Below, in pieces: positions 28,268-37,848 of a DNA stretch of 64,000 bases. Location of the stretch: contig JADHUT010000003.1 in assembly GCA_016784385.1 (NCBI GenBank), positions 2,923-66,922 of the forward strand, read 5' to 3'. Positions within the stretch are counted from its first letter, which is position 1. Every line of letters begins with the position of its first letter. The stretch is from Candidatus Microgenomates bacterium (GTDB lineage: Bacteria > Patescibacteriota > Microgenomatia > UBA8517). The position numbers and the translations under genes are program-made. The notes under the pieces were generated by a model that saw only the letters and a list, made by a program, of their open reading frames with translations, made no database searches and was not told the origin of the DNA.

Positions 28268-29152
28268 CTAATTATACTTACTAGTCATATATTTCCAATA
28301 CCCAACAGGGAAATGAAGGGCACTAAAAAAACTCCAAAGAAATCCAGCAACGCCGTCGAGAACTCCCTTGTGTCTGAAATATAGAATTACAAATGTATAT
28401 ATTGGTTTGTAAACTGTGTATATCAAGAAACTCCAGATATTCTTTCTTGTTTTGTCTTTCTTTAGTTCTTGTGCTTTTAAATCAGTGTAGCGATTCATTC
28501 TAGCAAAATATCTTGTAAGTGTTGGGGAATCGTAATGCAGTAAATCATTTTCCAACCATCCTACTTTTCCATCAAGTTTGATTTGTTCATGCACACTAAG
28601 TTGCGGAAACTTGGCGTATCCATTTTTTACTAGTCTTATTACCCCGTCAGGGTAAACTCCTGCGTGTATTAGTGGCTTACCTAAAAACATATTTGCTCTT
28701 GGGAGAAAATATCCAACTACTTCTCCACTCTCCGTACCAATTGCTCCATCGCGCTGTTGTATTAGTTCCTGATGACGTTTAAAAAGTTTAGCTTTTCTTG
28801 AATTATTTACTTTTGGTGGTATCTTGTTTACTACTGCCAGGATTTCTCTTCCTAGTTTGGCAGTTACAACCTCGTCTGCATCAAGTTGCAGTATCCATTC
28901 CCCACTGGCTTTGTCTAGCGCCTTTTGTTTTGTGATATGAAAAATATTGTGGTGTGGTTCTAAAAATACTTTTGCCCCGTGACTTTTTGCTCTCTCAACA
29001 GTTTTGTCTGTTGAGTGCTCGTCCACAACAATTATCTCATCTGCGATATCGCTCACTGATTCCAAACATCTTTTTATGTTTTCTTCTTCATTCCGGGTTG
29101 CCAGTACTACAGACAACATGGGTTTATTTTTATTTGATTTATTCTTTGTCAT
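28268..29152 (-). CDS. GT2 glycosyltransferase (beta-1,4-glucosyltransferase-like)
   Basis: NEEENI, VDEHSTD, LDADE, YPD, VHE and NRYT. Confidence 0.9.
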   Translation of the reverse strand: MTKNKSNKNKPMLSVVLATRNEEENIKRCLESVSDIADEIIVVDEHSTDKTVERAKSHGAKVFLEPHHNIFHITKQKALDKASGEWILQLDADEVVTAKLGREILAVVNKIPPKVNNSRKAKLFKRHQELIQQRDGAIGTESGEVVGYFLPRANMFLGKPLIHAGVYPDGVIRLVKNGYAKFPQLSVHEQIKLDGKVGWLENDLLHYDSPTLTRYFARMNRYTDLKAQELKKDKTRKNIWSFLIYTVYKPIYTFVILYFRHKGVLDGVAGFLWSFFSALHFPVGYWKYMTSKYN

Positions 29153-30786
29153 TAATATTTTGGTAATAACAGATAAAATGCATTTGACCCGTTTGGATAT
29201 TTTACCAGTTTAGCAACCTCAAAGTTAGGTTTATGAAAAAGTCCATCGTATACACTAGGATTTACTACATACAGTACTCCATCAGCAGGCTGACTTTGAT
29301 ACTGGTCCCAATCAAACCTATATATACCAAAGGATGATACCAAGTTAGATGGACGGCTTTCAGTTTGGTTGTATTTAACTGTTTCTAAATACTCGGGTAG
29401 TGGTACTTTGAGATAATAAAGATAGAAAATGTAAGGTTGCATGAAAGCATCAGTCATATACACTCGATACAACACCTCTTCATTTTTTGTAAACTCAACA
29501 ATTTCTTTCATTCCATATACCCACTCTATTGCATATTTCTCTGCATACTCACCATAATAACTTTTCAAATAATTTCTGAAGGGGATTATCATTGCTAAAA
29601 CAATTAAAACAGAACTCAATACTCGGGCGTATTTATTTTTAAAAAGTGTGATTAACACAAACGCCCCATATGCAATAATTAGAGTCCAGCTTCCTGTCAA
29701 AAACATCGCCCTTGCTGCATGAGGCATATCACTACTAACCGCTCCCGGAAGTGGAGCAAGGAGTATCCATGCAATCAAAACCAGCATTTGTTTGTTTTTT
29801 TTAACCAACAACCTCCATAAAATTGCCAATAGTCCAACTATCAACAACGGCAAGTCTAACCAATAAAAAGTACCCACACTTTGGATTGAATGGCGAGGGT
29901 TTGAATCTCCTGAAATAAACAAAAACTCAGATTGAAAGTATTTTTTGTAACGACCAAATACGATCTCTGACATCCCAGACATTTCATTACTAGTTTTTTT
30001 ATAAATAGAAGTCTCTTCAATCTCATTTTTTGGAATTTGATTTTGCTTCAACCTCTCACCTCCCAATAACTGGGGTTTTATAAACAGTAGGCTTATAAAA
30101 AAAGCATAAATTGCCAGTCCACAAAAAAACTGTTTTTTGCTTTTAAGTAGTTTTTTAATATTAATAGTAGCCAAAAGAAGCACCAATGGTGGAGTTACAA
30201 CCTTTGCACTTTGATAAGTCAGCAAATCTATGCCAAAAAGTAAAAACGAAATCCAAATATAATTTTTTCCTTTGCTTCTCAATCCTTTGTAAAAAAGAAA
30301 GGTCCCTGCAAGAAAGAAAAATATCGCAAAGTTAAGCTCATGGTTAAATCTAGAAAACTGGATGTTGTAAGGAGATATTGCTAGAAAAAAACTTGCCAGC
30401 AGCCCCACTTTATCACTTTTAAATATCTCCCTTGCCAAAAAAAATATTGCGATTACATTCAGCACTCCAAAAAAAGCAGCAGAAGCCCTAGTTGCATAAT
30501 CATTAAGGCCAAATAGTCCTACAAAGGGAGCTGTCAGGTAAACATGTACAGGATTTTTGTCATCACCAAAAGACTTGAAAGTAATGGGGAGAGTTTTACC
30601 CCACTCATCTTTACCCCAATGAATAATAGTGTAAGCATTATAGCCAACTGATGCTTCATCCCATGTAATTGATGGTGGGTATTTATCCAACTGAACAAAC
30701 CTCGTCAGGATAGAAATCAATACTATTACGCCAAGCATTATATTGACTATCTTTTTACTACGCAGTAGCAAGCTTTGCTTATTCAT
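29152..30786 (-). CDS. GT-C (PMT/ArnT-like) membrane glycosyltransferase
   Basis: PPSITWDEASVGYNAY, G.DEWG, SFGDDK, SPY.IQFSR and GDSNPRH. Confidence 0.85.
   Translation of the reverse strand: MNKQSLLLRSKKIVNIMLGVIVLISILTRFVQLDKYPPSITWDEASVGYNAYTIIHWGKDEWGKTLPITFKSFGDDKNPVHVYLTAPFVGLFGLNDYATRASAAFFGVLNVIAIFFLAREIFKSDKVGLLASFFLAISPYNIQFSRFNHELNFAIFFFLAGTFLFYKGLRSKGKNYIWISFLLFGIDLLTYQSAKVVTPPLVLLLATINIKKLLKSKKQFFCGLAIYAFFISLLFIKPQLLGGERLKQNQIPKNEIEETSIYKKTSNEMSGMSEIVFGRYKKYFQSEFLFISGDSNPRHSIQSVGTFYWLDLPLLIVGLLAILWRLLVKKNKQMLVLIAWILLAPLPGAVSSDMPHAARAMFLTGSWTLIIAYGAFVLITLFKNKYARVLSSVLIVLAMIIPFRNYLKSYYGEYAEKYAIEWVYGMKEIVEFTKNEEVLYRVYMTDAFMQPYIFYLYYLKVPLPEYLETVKYNQTESRPSNLVSSFGIYRFDWDQYQSQPADGVLYVVNPSVYDGLFHKPNFEVAKLVKYPNGSNAFYLLLPKY
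30755..30781 (-). repeat. 24-bp in-frame double-hairpin micro-insertion flanked by TAA duplication
   Basis: TAA-GCAAAGCTTGCTACTGCGTAG-TAA, with hairpins AAGC-AAA-GCTT and CTAC-TGC-GTAG. Confidence 0.6.
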
Positions 30787-32186
30787 TAGAAATTTTCACA
30801 ACTCTTTGGAAAAGTATAATTTCCAAATGATGCCACAGTAGAAAAACCCCAATCTGAAACATCATTCAATACCTTCGTGCTTATAAAGTCATTGGAATTA
30901 ACCCTATTGTAAAACAATGCAAAAATGTAGGGTTGTGCATATTCATCACTCACACAACCTCCTTCACTACTCTCAAAAATTTGCTTGTACTCAGATTGCC
31001 AAGCACTTGAAGACAAATCATTATAAATAGTTCCAAATTTATAAAAATATCCTTCGAAAGATAATAAATACAAAGCAATAACAACCACCATTACTAACCT
31101 TTTTTGACTTTTAAAGCGCTTAAGCAAAAAATAAATACCCATCGCAGAAATTGTAACCAACACAGGAGACAAAAATATTACCCTCAGTGCATGTGGACTC
31201 TCTCTTGTAATGGCTGCAGGTATTGGAGCTAAAATTAAAGCTATTAAAATATACAAAATTTTAAAGTCTTTTCTTTTAAATATATAAATCAACCCCAGCA
31301 ATATAAACACACTGTCCAATAAATAAAGTTGTGGACTACCCGGCACTTGGCTTCTGGGGTTTGTGTCTCCATTAACAAACAAAAAGTCTGGGGAATAATT
31401 TTTGAAATAATTACTTACTAAATTTTTGGTTGTCCCCACAGTTTGTAGCCTACTAAGGCCGGAATCTTGAGAGTACAACTTATAAATTGGAATCAAACTT
31501 GCCAGTATCAAGAACGCAGAAAACAGCAGTAACAACAGTTCATTTTTTTTACTTTTCTTTTTTCTAGTTGAAAATGCAAAACTAATTAAAATTGGACCCA
31601 GAAACAGCGGAGTTAATATTCGAAAACTATTATAACTGTATGATGACGCCAGAAAAAAAATAACTGAAGGGATAATCAACCATTTTTTATGGTCTGATTG
31701 CAGCCAGAAAAATATTGCCCAAAGAAAAAAGGCCAGTCCTGCAACTGCTTCATAACCAGTTCTTGAAAATATTAAAAACCAAGGAGTAATGGTAAACAAA
31801 AACGAAGAAAGAAGAGAAATTGTTTTACTTTTGGTTAAGTTCATTACAAGCAAATAAAGTCCCAGTACTGAGAAAAATCCATAAATAACTGAGGGAAGTC
31901 TCACCGCAAAAGCAGTTAAACCAAAAATAGCTTCCGAAACCACAACTGAATAAACATAAACAGGAAGCTTAAACTCTCCAAAGGCTCTAAAGTGAAGTGG
32001 TAATACCTCACCCCACTCATCTTTACCAGTAGTTAAAACTGAATAGGCATTATAGCCAATGGAGGCTTCATCCCAATACAAGGATCCTGGAATCTCACTG
32101 ATTCTAAATAACCTTGAGAATAAAAACAACGAAAGTATTAAAATCAAAACAAAATTAGGTCTCAAAAAACTGATTATTTTCTTCAT
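30786..32186 (-). CDS. GT-C (PMT/ArnT-like) membrane glycosyltransferase
   Basis: YWDEASIGYNAY, GKDEWG, FGEFKLP, FSRTGYE and GDTNPR. Confidence 0.85.
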   Translation of the reverse strand: MKKIISFLRPNFVLILILSLFLFSRLFRISEIPGSLYWDEASIGYNAYSVLTTGKDEWGEVLPLHFRAFGEFKLPVYVYSVVVSEAIFGLTAFAVRLPSVIYGFFSVLGLYLLVMNLTKSKTISLLSSFLFTITPWFLIFSRTGYEAVAGLAFFLWAIFFWLQSDHKKWLIIPSVIFFLASSYSYNSFRILTPLFLGPILISFAFSTRKKKSKKNELLLLLFSAFLILASLIPIYKLYSQDSGLSRLQTVGTTKNLVSNYFKNYSPDFLFVNGDTNPRSQVPGSPQLYLLDSVFILLGLIYIFKRKDFKILYILIALILAPIPAAITRESPHALRVIFLSPVLVTISAMGIYFLLKRFKSQKRLVMVVVIALYLLSFEGYFYKFGTIYNDLSSSAWQSEYKQIFESSEGGCVSDEYAQPYIFALFYNRVNSNDFISTKVLNDVSDWGFSTVASFGNYTFPKSCENF

Positions 32187-33919
32187 TGATTATCAACTAT
32201 CTCAAATGCCCCGTCCCCATTTAAGAAATTTACTCTTTCCAACACCTCTACATATTCAGGAAAATCTCCAGGTTTACCTATGAACAAAATCTTTTTATCA
32301 GAATTATCTTTTACAATATCATCATACTTTGATCCTTCATCCCCTAGATCTGGAAAATAATATTTATCAAACCGCAACACTCTCACCCAGTCATATGTTT
32401 CAAATCTTTCTAAATTAGAAATACTTTGGAACTTGGCAGGATCATACGCAAGATTAAAAAGTGTAAAAATATGCGGCTCCCCATAGCTCCTTGTAAAAGT
32501 AACTAGATCATATTTATCTTGGTTGTCTTTTATATACCCAACAACCTGTTTATTGCCATACTGCCAATCGCGTGAATAGCTGATTGGGTATTTAACAAAC
32601 AAACTGTTTAGGAAAATGTAGAAATTGACAGCAAACAAGACTGAACCAACAACCAATGTATTTTTAATTAATTTTTTACCAGCAATGCCGGCCAGGCTTT
32701 GCTTATTCTTTACATTTTTTGCAAAATAATATATACCAACTGCCGTCAATATTTGGTAAACAGGTACTGCAATCAGGGTTCTAAGAGCATTTGGAATACT
32801 GTCATTAGTCATTGAAACTGGAATGAAAGCTATCAGTAACCAAGGTAGTAGAATTTTCAAACTACTACTTTTTTTCTTCAGAAGTATATATAAACCATAT
32901 AACAAAAATGGAGCTTGGAACCAATAAAGCTCACCAACACCTTGAACATGGTGTTGTTTGTGGCCAGCACCGTCAACAAACAAAAAGTTTGGAGTAAAGT
33001 GTGTTAAATAATTTTTTGAAAAATAGAAAGTATTGTATGTATACCTATTGTTAATTAACTTATTTATGACAAATGGAAGTTTTGAATTATTTCTTCTCTC
33101 CTCTATTCTAGGAATTAGCCCTGCATCATCGGTAATGCTAACTAATTTATATCTAGCACTTGCTTCCCCTGAAAGAACAAATGGAATCAATGGGGCCATC
33201 AAAATTATCATCAACACTCCCGATATTAATGACCATTTTTTGTGTTTCCAAAAAAACTTTCTGTAAAAAATTGCAACTACCAAAAGAAACAATGGTGTAA
33301 ACACTCTGGCACTATTGTAAGTATAAATAGAAATAGCAAAAGGAATCATCGACAAAACAATCCATTTCAACTGTTTACCCCTACCTTTCAATCCCTTAAC
33401 CCAAAACCACAACCCCATCAGTATCCAAAACAACGAGAAAGACGATTCAAAAGAACCTCTTGTCAGTTGTATATGCCAAGGAGAAATTGCTAGTAAGAAT
33501 GCGGCCATCAAAGAAATCTTTTCTCTTTCTTTCCTCGATATTATTTTCAATTCCTTTTTAGGGAGGTTATTCAACATCTCTAAAAGCAGAAAATACAAAA
33601 GAAGAACTGACAGGGTTCCGTAAACCACAGGAGTAATCCTGACCCCAAACTCATTTAATCCAAATATAGCAATGCCAGGGATTGACCCGTATATTTGAGC
33701 AGGGAGTTTGTATTCTCCAAAGGATCTGAAATGTAGTGGCATAAACATTCCCCATTCATCTTTCCCGGTTTTTAAAATTGAGTATGCATTATATGCAATT
33801 GAGGTTTCATCCCAATTGAGAGATGGTGGAATTGAGGTAACTTTATAAACTCTCAAAAAAAAGCTTAAAGAAATGATTGCTAATAAAAAAAATTTAGTTA
33901 TTTTCGTGCTCATTATCAT
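32183..33919 (-). CDS. GT-C (PMT/ArnT-like) membrane glycosyltransferase
   Basis: NWDETSIAYNAY, GKDEWG, FGEYKLP, SPWHIQLTR and WQYG. Confidence 0.85.
   Translation of the reverse strand: MIMSTKITKFFLLAIISLSFFLRVYKVTSIPPSLNWDETSIAYNAYSILKTGKDEWGMFMPLHFRSFGEYKLPAQIYGSIPGIAIFGLNEFGVRITPVVYGTLSVLLLYFLLLEMLNNLPKKELKIISRKEREKISLMAAFLLAISPWHIQLTRGSFESSFSLFWILMGLWFWVKGLKGRGKQLKWIVLSMIPFAISIYTYNSARVFTPLFLLVVAIFYRKFFWKHKKWSLISGVLMIILMAPLIPFVLSGEASARYKLVSITDDAGLIPRIEERRNNSKLPFVINKLINNRYTYNTFYFSKNYLTHFTPNFLFVDGAGHKQHHVQGVGELYWFQAPFLLYGLYILLKKKSSSLKILLPWLLIAFIPVSMTNDSIPNALRTLIAVPVYQILTAVGIYYFAKNVKNKQSLAGIAGKKLIKNTLVVGSVLFAVNFYIFLNSLFVKYPISYSRDWQYGNKQVVGYIKDNQDKYDLVTFTRSYGEPHIFTLFNLAYDPAKFQSISNLERFETYDWVRVLRFDKYYFPDLGDEGSKYDDIVKDNSDKKILFIGKPGDFPEYVEVLERVNFLNGDGAFEIVDNQ
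32676..32705 (-). repeat. 27-bp in-frame double-hairpin micro-insertion flanked by TAA duplication
   Basis: TAA-GCAAAGCCTGGCCGGCATTGCTGG-TAA; shares GAATAAGCAAAGC with the element at 30755. Confidence 0.55.
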
Positions 33920-35418
33920 TCAATAATCAAAGTGTTTTTATCCTGCTGCATATTTTCAATATCGTCAGTAATAATTACATTACCATAAGTTTTTGGGAAG
34001 TAACCATATTGGGAAATAACCTCAACAGGATCAATACCTGCATATACTGGAAAACCATATTCTATGTTGTCAATTTTTGTAGACAAAACAACAGTTTCGT
34101 AGTTGTTTTTTTGTTCTAATGCCTCAAGAGTTGTTTCATATGCTCCCTTTGACCAAAAGCCGGCAAACTTATTAGGTGCTAAAAAGTAAACTGCAGACAA
34201 AACAAAAATAAGCTGAATTCCAATCAAACCAGCTGAAATCAAAACCATTTTTTTATTTAATTTTGAGAATGCATATGCAGTAATTAAGATAAAAGGTGGA
34301 ATCATAAAAGCATTTCGAAGTCCGTGGGTTTGACCTAAAAACATTGTGGCCAGTGGAACTATTAGAATCCATTTAACTAAAAACAAAAACTTATTTTTAT
34401 CATTTTTGAAGATTAAATATAGTCCTGCAAACAGAAGTGGTAATTCAACTAAATAAAACATTCCCCATTCTCCTGGATTGTGTCGTGGATTTCTATCACC
34501 CCTAAGATATAAAAAATCGAGAGAAATATTCTCCATGTAATTATCCAAAAGTAGCCGGGAGTAATTGAGTGGCTTGTTATAAAATATTGGCCTGATTAGC
34601 TCAGGTAATGTGGACATTTCTCTTTCACTATTCACTTTTTGAATAATACTTTCCTTAGTGGCTGAATCTGAAAAGATGTTAAGTCTTAAAAACCTCTCCT
34701 CACTTGTTCCTTTTAGGGTTTCATTAACAGATAACCCACCAAAAATTGCCAATATAACTACGGAAATAATAAATAATTTGTTTTTTAAAATTTTTATGTA
34801 ATTAGTCTTTGTTGTTGATCCACTAAAAAACAAAAGGACTAAAAAGATAAATGGTAGGGTCAGTTTAAAAGTTGGATAGGTAAATATTGCCAAACCCCAC
34901 GCAATTGCCATTGGGATATATTTTTTGTACAAGAACATAACTACTCCAAAAGTAGCTAAAAACAATGCGAAATGTGCTTCAAACCCCCCTCTACTTAAAT
35001 AAATGTCCCAAAGTGAAATTGATGTCAAAAAAGATGCAATTAACCCCACTTTCTCACCAAATAACTTCCTGCCCAGAAAATACATCAACACAATCATCCC
35101 CAGACCTGAAATAATCGATAAACCCCTAACTCCCCAAGCTGTTGGCCCAAAAAGAGCTACAAAAGGAATCGAGCCATATACATAACCAGGAGGCCTTCCT
35201 GCTCCCATCTTAAAGGTAACGGGCAAACTTTCTCCTGTTTGGTCCTTACCTGTCTTTAAAAGTGAATAGGCGTCGTAAACTATTGTTAATTCATCACCAT
35301 AAAGAGGCATTGAGTTTAATTTATAAGCGGAGCTTGCAAGGTCTGCGACCTTATAGACTCTGAGCACAAGTCCCAATACAAGAATGCTCAGAATTAATAG
35401 TATAGATTTTCTTCTCAT
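33916..35418 (-). CDS. GT-C (PMT/ArnT-like) membrane glycosyltransferase
   Basis: YGDELTIVYDAY, GKDQTG, SRGGFE and GDRNPRH. Confidence 0.85.
   Translation of the reverse strand: MRRKSILLILSILVLGLVLRVYKVADLASSAYKLNSMPLYGDELTIVYDAYSLLKTGKDQTGESLPVTFKMGAGRPPGYVYGSIPFVALFGPTAWGVRGLSIISGLGMIVLMYFLGRKLFGEKVGLIASFLTSISLWDIYLSRGGFEAHFALFLATFGVVMFLYKKYIPMAIAWGLAIFTYPTFKLTLPFIFLVLLFFSGSTTKTNYIKILKNKLFIISVVILAIFGGLSVNETLKGTSEERFLRLNIFSDSATKESIIQKVNSEREMSTLPELIRPIFYNKPLNYSRLLLDNYMENISLDFLYLRGDRNPRHNPGEWGMFYLVELPLLFAGLYLIFKNDKNKFLFLVKWILIVPLATMFLGQTHGLRNAFMIPPFILITAYAFSKLNKKMVLISAGLIGIQLIFVLSAVYFLAPNKFAGFWSKGAYETTLEALEQKNNYETVVLSTKIDNIEYGFPVYAGIDPVEVISQYGYFPKTYGNVIITDDIENMQQDKNTLIIE
35321..35355 (+). repeat. 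30-bp in-frame double-hairpin micro-insertion flanked by TTATA duplication
   Basis: TTATA-AGCGGAGCTTGCAAGGTCTGCGACC-TTATA, with hairpins AAGC-GGA-GCTT and AAGGTC-TGC-GACCTT. Confidence 0.65.
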
Positions 35419-35442
35419 GTATTAATTGTATATAATTTAATC
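35419..35442. promoter_or_regulatory. Back-to-back divergent -10 boxes in a 24-bp intergenic gap
   Basis: CAT-GTATTA-ATTGTA-TATAAT-TTAATC-ATG: TACAAT on minus and TATAAT on plus, each 6 nt from its ATG. Confidence 0.65.
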
Positions 35443-37281
35443 ATGGAAAGCATATTGATGGGTTCTATTGTTGGTTTTACTACCCTAACTCTGCTTTCCT
35501 ACATACTAATTGTACTAAATATTCCTGCACTAATCATACCAATCACTATTTTAATTATTTTTTTTGGGTTTAAACCTTTCGTTAAGAGAGTCAAAAACTT
35601 AAAATTTACTCTCAATAAAAAAACTATTTTAGTATTACTAGTCTTCACGCTCGGAATATTAGGACAACTTGCAGTAATTTCCCCTTCTGGAGTATTTCAA
35701 AGCGGGGATCTGCTCTTTTGGAGTGCCCACGGCCACGATGGCATGTGGCACATAGCTCTGATGGAGGAAATGAAAAAAGGTTGGCCACTTTCAAATCCAA
35801 TATTCGCAGGAGAAAAGCTGGTTAACTACCACTTTTTCTCGGACCTTCTTCCTGCAATGGTGTCTAAATTCACCCCCCTAACCAACTTGAACCTGTATTT
35901 TAGAATTTTTCCATTTTTTTATTCACTATTTTTAGGAGCATCAGCTTTCTTTTTGACAAAAAAGATCACAAAAAGTTTCCCAGCTTCCATTTGGGCAACA
36001 ATTTTCACCTACTTTGCAGGTAGTTTTGGATTTATATTAACCTACATCAAAAATAAAACTATTGGTGGAGAAAGCATCTTCTGGGCAACACAACCACAAA
36101 GCTCCAGTGGTAATCCTCCACAAATAATTTCAAACTTCTTGTTTCTATCTGCAATTTACTTTGTATATGTTTATTTAGGACAAAAACAAAAAAGAAGCAA
36201 AGTAATTAATTTTTTGATTTGTGTCGTCCTTCTGGGGACTATTTCATCTTTTAAAATATACGGCGGAGTAGTTCTTCTGGGATCACTTGCTCTTATTGGA
36301 ACCTGGCGTCTAGTCAAAGATAGGGATCCTAAACTATTTGTACTATCTTTAATCAGTGGAATTTTGGCACTTATTCTTTACTTACCAAATACTTCCAACT
36401 CCACATCATTTTTAATATATAAGCCTTGGTGGTACATACGAACAATGATAGTAGAGCCCTCCAGACTTAACCTCCTAGATTGGGAGTTGAGAAGGCAAAC
36501 TTATATTTATGAACACAATTGGAAAAGAGTGGTTTGGCTAGAAGGAATGGGATTTATTATATTTTTCTTTGGGAACTTAGGTATGAGATTTTTAGGGCTC
36601 TGGGAATTTGTAAAATCAAAAGCAATTTTTAAGGTCTCCATAGTTCTTTCATTAGTACTCCCCCTTATATTTTTGCAAAAAGGAGTTGCAAGTAACACTA
36701 GTCAATTTTTGCAGTATTTTGTACTTATGTTTGGAATACTGGCAGGGGTTGCTGTATCTAAAATTACCAAACCTAAAAGATTTAAGTTTTTAATCCCCAT
36801 CATTATTGTATTGATGATTCCGACCCAGGTTGGACTACTCAATGAATTTTATTCAAGACCTGCATTTGCTAAGGTCTCTTCTGAAGAATTAACCGCACTT
36901 GAGTTTGTAAAACAAAACACAAGTGAAGATTCTATAATTCTTACACCACCATACAATCAATATTTAAATCTTGGGAGTGTTACACCAAATATTTGGGATT
37001 GGTTTGATACCAGTTATGTTTCAGCACTAACTTCCCGTCACACATTCTTTGACGATTACGAACAGGTTGACATCATGGGGTACGACTATAGACTAAGACT
37101 AGAAGTTAAAAAAATCATCTTTGAAAGTGAAGATGTTGAAATTGTCAAAAAAGCATTTGATTCTACAAACGCTAGTATATTATATTTTCCCAAAGAAACA
37201 CCTCCGCAAATTGATCCAGGATTACTTAACTTGACCAAAACTTTTGAAAATGAAATTATAGAAGTCTGGAAAACAAATTAG
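35443..37281 (+). CDS. Putative GT-C membrane glycosyltransferase (HDG-x-WH subfamily)
   Basis: WSAHGHDGMWH, P.FAGE.L.NYH, GESIFW and KIYGG, polytopic, soluble C-terminal domain; paralog of 54666-56405. Confidence 0.65.
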   Translation: MESILMGSIVGFTTLTLLSYILIVLNIPALIIPITILIIFFGFKPFVKRVKNLKFTLNKKTILVLLVFTLGILGQLAVISPSGVFQSGDLLFWSAHGHDGMWHIALMEEMKKGWPLSNPIFAGEKLVNYHFFSDLLPAMVSKFTPLTNLNLYFRIFPFFYSLFLGASAFFLTKKITKSFPASIWATIFTYFAGSFGFILTYIKNKTIGGESIFWATQPQSSSGNPPQIISNFLFLSAIYFVYVYLGQKQKRSKVINFLICVVLLGTISSFKIYGGVVLLGSLALIGTWRLVKDRDPKLFVLSLISGILALILYLPNTSNSTSFLIYKPWWYIRTMIVEPSRLNLLDWELRRQTYIYEHNWKRVVWLEGMGFIIFFFGNLGMRFLGLWEFVKSKAIFKVSIVLSLVLPLIFLQKGVASNTSQFLQYFVLMFGILAGVAVSKITKPKRFKFLIPIIIVLMIPTQVGLLNEFYSRPAFAKVSSEELTALEFVKQNTSEDSIILTPPYNQYLNLGSVTPNIWDWFDTSYVSALTSRHTFFDDYEQVDIMGYDYRLRLEVKKIIFESEDVEIVKKAFDSTNASILYFPKETPPQIDPGLLNLTKTFENEIIEVWKTN

Positions 37282-37831
37282 AATATACTCTCTTTACAAT
37301 TTCCCATTTTGTACTTGGTTTATGGAAGGTGACAAGTGGAACTCCACCCTCTTTAGTTTCCTCACCGTAAGTGTAGTTTAATACTTCACCTGTGGGTTCA
37401 ATTATAAATACTTCAATAGTCTCACCTAGCCCTGAATCTGGAGATGAAAGGGTGAAGTTGTATTTTACGTCTGCAGAATCATTAATTGGTTCAAACACAA
37501 ATTTAACAAAATCTCCATCTTCAATATTTTTACCACTCAACAGAGAAGTTCTCAATAAAGTATTGTTTTCATCATAAAGATTGAGAATAATTTCTTTTTT
37601 ATTTTTCAAGTTTGGATTTCTAATAGAAGTTGCAACTGCAGTTAGGTTCTTCTCTCTTGAAACAAACTCTTGTTTTATATCTCTTTCCTTATAAATTGAA
37701 AGTCTTATATCATATTTGTAACCGGGCTGAACCCCTGACGGAGTCATATTAATAGTAGAAGCCATTAGTGCAGGAAAAACAAAAATTACAAATAATATAA
37801 ATGTTGTTGTAAACCAAATTAATTTTTTCAT
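37256..37831 (-). CDS. Exported/membrane-anchored beta-rich hypothetical protein
   Basis: N-terminal hydrophobic segment followed by a beta-strand pattern (QEF...FVFEPI.DS...Y.FTLSSP). Confidence 0.6.
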   Translation of the reverse strand: MKKLIWFTTTFILFVIFVFPALMASTINMTPSGVQPGYKYDIRLSIYKERDIKQEFVSREKNLTAVATSIRNPNLKNKKEIILNLYDENNTLLRTSLLSGKNIEDGDFVKFVFEPINDSADVKYNFTLSSPDSGLGETIEVFIIEPTGEVLNYTYGEETKEGGVPLVTFHKPSTKWEIVKRVYSNLFSRLL

Positions 37832-37848
37832 TTTATAATGTTTTTTAT

